Source: a virus | IMG/VR virus record: IMGVR_UViG_3300010354_000057 | Location: 24,109 to 88,108 of that record | Strand: one strand, 5' to 3' | Length of the DNA stretch: 64,000 nucleotides | Shown here: positions 58,511 to 64,000 of the stretch, piece by piece | Layout: each line of letters starts with the position of its first letter | Position numbering within the stretch: position 1 is the first letter of the stretch | Notes under the pieces: model-generated | The model's input: the letters and a program-made list of their open reading frames with translations, nothing else | Told to the model about the DNA's origin: nothing | Database searches by the model: none | Made by a program: the position numbers and the translations under genes

Positions 58511-58929
58511 GCACTGTACCGTTGACTATGAAACCATTTGATTATTATGATATCAATCAAGTGGTTCAACCAAATATTAAAGATTACATGACGACATATG
58601 TTTATGATAAGGGTCAATTGATTGCTACTATATCACCAGGTACAACAATGGATCAGATCATAAACGACAATAATATTAAACTTTCTACAACAGCAGTAAA
58701 ACAGCAGATCCTAGACACTGAAAGATATGATCTTGATATGAAAAATTATAAAGATCAAATATCTACGAAAGCAAAAGAACTTGGTCTTGACTTGTTTAGA
58801 GAGTTTAATATTGAGGATAACCCCAAAAAAGATAGATGTTTTTCTCTAGCGTACAAGTTTGGCGGTCAATATGGTCCTCAAGGTGTATATGATTGTTTTG
58901 AAAAATTGGTGACGCTAATCAAAGATTAA
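58507..58929 (+). CDS. Hypothetical protein
   Basis: Coupled ORF. Confidence 0.6.
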   Translation: MSTVPLTMKPFDYYDINQVVQPNIKDYMTTYVYDKGQLIATISPGTTMDQIINDNNIKLSTTAVKQQILDTERYDLDMKNYKDQISTKAKELGLDLFREFNIEDNPKKDRCFSLAYKFGGQYGPQGVYDCFEKLVTLIKD

Positions 58930-59453
58930 TGCATAAAGTTAATGTAAGATCAGACAATACAGAGATCTTTATTTGTAAGCATCCTTCTCCGAATGAACTT
59001 AATGTTCAATTGGAGAAGGACATTCGTGTATGTGGTGATCAACAAAATAAAACTACAAATGTTAAAGCCTTGATGACCCATTGGGATATGTTCAATCATA
59101 GTGAAGCATTCGGGCATTTTGTAGAATGGGTTACCGAATGTTTCGGTGAATGTGATTTAATGTCATTTAAAAGGCAGACTGAATATAAATTAAATTCTTT
59201 GTGGGGAATGATATATCACAAAGGTGAACATGCAAATCCCCATGATCATCTACCTTCTTACTTTAGTTTTGTGTATTTTGTGAAAGTTGATGAAACATCA
59301 TCACCTCTCATTTTTGAGGCAAGTAACACTTACATTAAACCAGAAGTTGGAAAGATAGTTATGTTCCCGTCACATTTACGTCACTATGTACCAGAGCAAA
59401 TCAGTAATAGTGAACGTATAACTATAGCAGGAAATATAATTGCGACTGAATAA
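58929..59453 (+). CDS. 2OG-Fe(II) oxygenase (TIGR02466-like)
   Basis: PHDH..FSFVYF, MFPSHLRH, RITIAGN. Confidence 0.8.
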   Translation: MHKVNVRSDNTEIFICKHPSPNELNVQLEKDIRVCGDQQNKTTNVKALMTHWDMFNHSEAFGHFVEWVTECFGECDLMSFKRQTEYKLNSLWGMIYHKGEHANPHDHLPSYFSFVYFVKVDETSSPLIFEASNTYIKPEVGKIVMFPSHLRHYVPEQISNSERITIAGNIIATE

Positions 59454-59618
59454 TATGAAAAATACCGTGCAAACTTGTGGGACATTTGATGGTGATTACT
59501 ACAGTATTACTGTAGCAATTGGTGATACCCATGCAATTACATTAGATGGACTTTCAAAAGATGACATGTTAGAATTAAAATCATGTGTAGATTGTATGTT
59601 GATTGAGGATGAACAAGA

Positions 59619-60410
59619 ATGAGATGTGGATTTATTGATACTCTTTCCGAAGAAGAATTAGATCGTGTAAGTGGACTAGTAGATCTGTTCAAAGAATATT
59701 GGATTCCAAGAGGATTTTATTATCCAGGAACTGGATTTGTATTTGATCCAAAAACTCCTGTAGACTTTTATACTATTGGTGGCGTCACATATATTGATGG
59801 TTTTACTGACCTGAAAGGATATTATGATTATTCTATGCAAGTAAATCCTGTTCTCAAGGAATACTTTGGTTGGTTGTATTCTATCGTAATTGATAAATTA
59901 AGTTCTGAAATAGGACCATGTGAACTGATTGATGAATTGGCGCATCCAGGATTTCATATTTTTGGTCATCAACCAGGTTATTCAGTCTACCCTCACACAA
60001 TTCAGTATGTAACAAAACCTATTGCAACAATTCATTATGATTTACAGCAGAATAAGCATTTAGAAATCTGGGAAAAATATGATGAAGTTGATTTAGATAA
60101 TTGTCTTTCATTCACACTCTGTATAGAAATACCAAAATCTGGTGGTGGATTGAATACATGGAACGAACCACCATTAAGAGAATATGATCCTAAAAATTCT
60201 TATACAATGGAGGTAAAAACACTTGATTATGGTGATATGGGACCTCCAACAGCAGTTGTAACCTATGAAAAAGGTAAGATGTTTTATTTCATCGGTAAAT
60301 TGTTACATCAAATAGCACCAGCAGCACAGACACTAACACCAGAAGAGCGTAGAGTTACTTTACAGGGTCATGGTGTTAAATGTGATGGTATTTGGAGAAT
60401 TTACTTTTAA
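59619..60410 (+). CDS. 2OG-Fe(II) oxygenase
   Basis: PGFHIF, IHYD, LLHQIAP, RVTLQGH. Confidence 0.7.
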   Translation: MRCGFIDTLSEEELDRVSGLVDLFKEYWIPRGFYYPGTGFVFDPKTPVDFYTIGGVTYIDGFTDLKGYYDYSMQVNPVLKEYFGWLYSIVIDKLSSEIGPCELIDELAHPGFHIFGHQPGYSVYPHTIQYVTKPIATIHYDLQQNKHLEIWEKYDEVDLDNCLSFTLCIEIPKSGGGLNTWNEPPLREYDPKNSYTMEVKTLDYGDMGPPTAVVTYEKGKMFYFIGKLLHQIAPAAQTLTPEERRVTLQGHGVKCDGIWRIYF

Positions 60411-60412
60411 CT

Positions 60413-61387
60413 ATGGAAAAAACAATACGATTTATCGACGTTTTTCATCATTTTGTTGATAGTGGATGGGGGCAAAGAGTTTACTCTTTGGAGCAAGCAT
60501 ATCATATAGGATATGAGACTAATTTTAAATATAACATCTTAGTACAAGCTCCTCATTGGCCTGAATTACATTTTTTAAACATTCCAAATGTAACTGGTAT
60601 AGATTGTCAAGATCCAGATGAATTTATTAAATTGGAAAATGGTGAAACTGCGTCTTACCTAGGTCCTGAATTAATGAATGAAATACTAATGAACAAACAA
60701 TACCATCTTCTGGACCAAAGTGATCATTGGTATTTTCATGAATGGATAGAAGAAACAAAAGATTTAGTGAGGCAAACTTATTTTATCAAGGAAATAAAAT
60801 TTAAAGATAATAAAATAGAAGAATATCTAAAAGATAAGTTCAAAGACTTTGTTGGACTTCATTTGCGAAGGAGGTATTGGGTTAAGGTTGAGCGTGAAGA
60901 TCTTAAAACACTGCCAGATCATTTAGCAGATAGATATTGGAATGAAATAGCATTAGATAAAGATACTCCAATTGATCATTATGTCTTTATTCCTGATGAA
61001 GAGTATTACAATGTTCTTGATAAAATTGTTGAAGAAAATGAAAATCAGAAGATATTCATTTCATCAGATTTACCATATGAATTTTATGAATATTATTATG
61101 ATAGATATAAGAACATGTATTCATTCAAAGATTTTGAGGATGAATTTAAAGCAATTTTAAAAGAAACTATTGATGATAGTATTGTAGAAAAGTATCCAGA
61201 TACAGTTACTTCTTTATTTGATTCATTTGCTCTCTCATATTGTAAATTAATTGTAAACACACCATCTTGTTTCTCTATGTTTTCATCTGATAGGAATGAA
61301 GTACCAACTATTACAATTAAAAAGTCTAATCAAAAGTTTATAGTTTTTAACTATCCACATCACAAAGGGTTTTTACACAATAACTAA
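60413..61387 (+). CDS. Fucosyltransferase-like GT-B protein 3
   Basis: SGWGQR, GLHLRR, FISSD, DSFALS, SCFS. Confidence 0.6.
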   Translation: MEKTIRFIDVFHHFVDSGWGQRVYSLEQAYHIGYETNFKYNILVQAPHWPELHFLNIPNVTGIDCQDPDEFIKLENGETASYLGPELMNEILMNKQYHLLDQSDHWYFHEWIEETKDLVRQTYFIKEIKFKDNKIEEYLKDKFKDFVGLHLRRRYWVKVEREDLKTLPDHLADRYWNEIALDKDTPIDHYVFIPDEEYYNVLDKIVEENENQKIFISSDLPYEFYEYYYDRYKNMYSFKDFEDEFKAILKETIDDSIVEKYPDTVTSLFDSFALSYCKLIVNTPSCFSMFSSDRNEVPTITIKKSNQKFIVFNYPHHKGFLHNN

Positions 61388-61388
61388 C

Positions 61389-61619
61389 ATGAAAAAGAAT
61401 ATGAATTGGTGGAGATGGTGGGCAAAGTCTCTTGGGGAAAAGGCAAGTAAGTGTGACAGGGAAAGTGATACTGTCGCTGTAATCAGAACGATTATATTTT
61501 TAACATATCTAATTACTAATTGCTTTATTATTGCTGGTGTCGTGAGACATTGGAATGATAATACTACAATTGAAATTTACATTGATGGTGTTGCACCTAA
61601 AGAAAGTCCTCTATTATGA
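61389..61619 (+). CDS. Small membrane protein
   Basis: WR.WAKSLGEKA...AD/SD.VA..RT...ITN.FI.AGV.RHW. Confidence 0.6.
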   Translation: MKKNMNWWRWWAKSLGEKASKCDRESDTVAVIRTIIFLTYLITNCFIIAGVVRHWNDNTTIEIYIDGVAPKESPLL

Positions 61620-61864
61620 ATATTGAAATATTAACTCCATTTAAAGGAGTTTATATTGAATTTAATAGTATAAAGTTCAGACGAATATGGTCAGAGTATG
61701 ATGACATTGTTCTATGGGACTGGTATAATGATCTAAAATGTGAGTGGAAACCTCTCAAATCGACTGATCATGAAAAATTAGAACATTTGTATCATGATAC
61801 TTTAAATAAGAACACACAAAAAGAATTAAGTAGTTTATTGGAGTTTTTAAAAAATGAAATTTGA
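61616..61864 (+). CDS. Hypothetical protein
   Basis: Coupled ORF. Confidence 0.5.
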   Translation: MNIEILTPFKGVYIEFNSIKFRRIWSEYDDIVLWDWYNDLKCEWKPLKSTDHEKLEHLYHDTLNKNTQKELSSLLEFLKNEI

Positions 61865-62009
61865 TGAATGGTTTTGGGAAATTGAGGGTTATCATGTCAG
61901 AGCAGAGCGTTTTTGGGATGATGTAAAATCAGATCGTGGGCAAGAAATCTTAGAATGGTTAAAAACTGCCTACCGTATGGGATATGAAGAAGGTCAGCGT
62001 CTATATGGT

Positions 62010-62068
62010 GGGACAGACTGAAAAGCGTCACACAGACGATCCTGGGTGCCTCTCACAACGCTTATGAT
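62010..62068 (+). promoter_or_regulatory. Early promoter element (copy 7)
   Basis: GGGACAGACTGAAAAGCGTCAC ... TATGAT. Confidence 0.6.
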
Positions 62069-62090
62069 GGATGGGTAAATCATTTTTCAC

Positions 62091-62405
62091 ATGATTGAAA
62101 CTTTAATTGCTGGATTGACTTGTGGCATTGCTACATACTACGGAATTGGAGACGGATTTCATGGTCAAATTACTGCGAACGGTGAGCGGTTTAATGCTTA
62201 TCGTTGGACTGCAGCTCACCCTTATCTACCTATGGGTACACGCATACGGGTGACAAATCAAGATAATGGTAAACAGGTTATTGTCCGCGTAAATGATCGT
62301 GGACCATATTCTCATGCAGATTTGGATCTTAGTTATTCTGCATTTGCTCATATTCAATCAACCAGAAAAGGAAATGCAGTTGTTTGTTGGAGAGTTGTTG
62401 GGTGA
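62091..62405 (+). CDS. rlpA: RlpA-like (DPBB) lytic transglycosylase
   Basis: ATYYG..FHG..TANGERF...TAAH..LPMGT...VRVNDRGP...DLS..AF. Confidence 0.88.
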   Translation: MIETLIAGLTCGIATYYGIGDGFHGQITANGERFNAYRWTAAHPYLPMGTRIRVTNQDNGKQVIVRVNDRGPYSHADLDLSYSAFAHIQSTRKGNAVVCWRVVG

Positions 62406-62538
62406 ACAAATCTGATAAGGATACATTATATGTGATATTACTTTTAGTAATACTTGTACTACTTGACTTATTGGTTATTGGTGGTATATTATTACACGGT
62501 AAAGCAAATTTCTCTGAACTGATCAAACATCTAAAATC

Positions 62539-62919
62539 ATGAAAAAACTGTTTGCTCTTGCTTTTGTTCTGTTTGCTTCTCCTGTTGCTGCACAAGAAAA
62601 GCAAACCTATCGTCCATTTCGTTATGAAACTCCATGTATGGTGGAGCAAGGTATTCAAACCTATCCTGACGTATGTGTTGTGATTGAAACCCGTGAAAAG
62701 GGTGGTGCCCTTCGCACTCGCAATATTTACTCTAATAAACATGGTTTGACTATCAAAGGTCGCTTTGATAAAGAAAAAGGTTATATGACTTGGGATAGTC
62801 ACAACAAGTTTGAGTATAAATGGGAATATAAAGTTGGTGGAACTGGTGGTGCGGATGGTCTTGGTGCCTGGACATATGTTATGCCTGGAGTTTTAGTTCA
62901 AAATGTGAGTTGGGACTGA
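62539..62919 (+). CDS. Putative exported protein
   Basis: Signal peptide MKKLFALAFVLFASPVAA. Confidence 0.65.
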   Translation: MKKLFALAFVLFASPVAAQEKQTYRPFRYETPCMVEQGIQTYPDVCVVIETREKGGALRTRNIYSNKHGLTIKGRFDKEKGYMTWDSHNKFEYKWEYKVGGTGGADGLGAWTYVMPGVLVQNVSWD

Positions 62920-62974
62920 CAGTTCAAAAACTGGCACATGGGGCATCCTGGTTCGCTGGGATGCCCTTTATAAT
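62917..62974 (+). promoter_or_regulatory. Early promoter element (copy 8)
   Basis: TGACAGTTCAAAAACTGGCAC, hairpin GGGCATCC..GGATGCCC, TATAAT. Confidence 0.75.
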
Positions 62975-62999
62975 ATGTGGGTACTCAAGGGAACACCCC

Positions 63000-63191
63000 A
63001 TGGCACTTTCCTTCCCATCCAAAGCACATCACCTCGCTGCTCTGTATGATGCTTGTGCTTTGATCCTGGACACTTACAAAGAAACTGACATCTTCAAAGT
63101 TTATTCTGATGAAGGTCTTGAAGACCACATCGACTTTGCTGCCACTGCCCGTGAGATCATGGGTCTGATCGCTGAAGGTGACATCAAATGA
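63000..63191 (+). CDS. Early hypothetical protein
   Basis: Start reassigned to MALSFP downstream of the promoter. Confidence 0.6.
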   Translation: MALSFPSKAHHLAALYDACALILDTYKETDIFKVYSDEGLEDHIDFAATAREIMGLIAEGDIK

Positions 63192-63364
63192 AACCCTATC
63201 CTCTTGGTCTTGACAATCCTTACGTTATTCGTGGGATCATTGGCAGTTCACGGTGGGCACTGTACCGCCGTGAACCATTTGAGAAAATTGCAGAGTTTCC
63301 AAATGAGTTTGCAGCATATGATGCTCGCCGTGCCATTTTGAAAGCAGAGGGTTACAACGCATGA
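63188..63364 (+). CDS. Small hypothetical protein (not in track)
   Basis: MKPYPLGLDNPYVIRG...; ATGA overlap. Confidence 0.5.
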   Translation: MKPYPLGLDNPYVIRGIIGSSRWALYRREPFEKIAEFPNEFAAYDARRAILKAEGYNA

Positions 63365-63497
63365 GAAAATATGTTATAATTGGTTTAGGTGTAATTGTTG
63401 CATGGAATGCTTTTATCATTCATCGTGACAAACAGTTATTTAAAGCATATGATGCTTGTATGAAGTCTACTAATCATCCAGATTGCCCATATAAAAA

Positions 63498-64000
63498 ATG
63501 ACTATTTCTCAAGGATTGGTTGAAACTGAAAATGAAGATCCTGGATTTGAGATTACTCATCTATCATTCAGGAAAAGAGAATCCTCCCACCTCTATGGTG
63601 GTCCTGTAAATTTCTACATCGGCAACATCGTATTCCGTTTGACTAACGAGGATGTGAAAGGTCGCATGGAATATATCATGAAACAGAATGAAACTATTCG
63701 TGTAGCAACAAGTGAAGAGTTACTAGACAAGTATTACGACGGTCTTCACTTCAAGTTTGACAGAGAAAAAGAAGAAGTAAATGAAGACGGTGAAAAGTTT
63801 TTTAAACTTGATATTATCAACAAAGAAGGTATCAAACATGAAGATGTATTCATCTACGGTTATCGTCGTAACACGGATCCTCTTCACGATTTCATTCAAT
63901 ACAATGAGAAGTTTGATTGTTACAGAATGCACGAATACTTCCAAGACACCCCAGTAGTTCGTGGTATAATCCAGTATCTCCAAGACATGAAAGATGGTAA
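63498..64000 (+). CDS. Hypothetical protein, 3'-truncated by window edge
   Basis: Frame open from ATG 63498 to the end. Confidence 0.65.
   Translation, partial: MTISQGLVETENEDPGFEITHLSFRKRESSHLYGGPVNFYIGNIVFRLTNEDVKGRMEYIMKQNETIRVATSEELLDKYYDGLHFKFDREKEEVNEDGEKFFKLDIINKEGIKHEDVFIYGYRRNTDPLHDFIQYNEKFDCYRMHEYFQDTPVVRGIIQYLQDMKDG

Noticed and set aside
19394-62974. Palindromic repeats as a CRISPR array or integron attC sites
   Set aside because: Dispersed and degenerate, with fixed spacing to -10 boxes; no cas or integrase seen

Overview
64 kb of a large, AT-rich T4-like cyanophage (cyanomyovirus) genome, almost all on the + strand. 1-19.4 kb is mainly a late structural region: a lysozyme/M15-peptidase baseplate protein, a hub protein, gp5, a gp9/10-like connector and a 1961-aa tail fibre with an S74 chaperone. 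It also holds the auxiliary genes cp12 and cpeT, tRNA-Gly(TCC) and tRNA-Thr(TGT). 19.4-64 kb is an accessory region with two interleaved gene layers. Layer 1 is early modules, each opened by a conserved palindrome (GTGACAGTT-N3-AAACTGTCCAC-like) 52-54 nt upstream of a -10 box; they carry an SF2 helicase, RNA ligase with a split polynucleotide kinase/phosphatase, a PD-(D/E)XK nuclease plus adenine MTase, RlpA and many small ORFs. Layer 2 is very AT-rich expanded families of tailoring enzymes: about 12 2OG-Fe(II)/cupin oxygenases, 4 radical SAM proteins, 8 P-loop/sulfotransferase-like proteins, 3 fucosyltransferase-like proteins, a methyltransferase, a carbamoyltransferase and an SGNH-like protein. 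The best candidate for an undescribed system is the 29-43 kb island. It centres on a di-iron ferritin-like gene with both a perfect sigma70 and a T4-late promoter, and includes five paralogues (three sharing an identical ~90-bp patch) and two unannotated DPFIYK-ending micropeptides flanking the carbamoyltransferase/SGNH block. All family calls come from motif recognition by eye; no searches were run.
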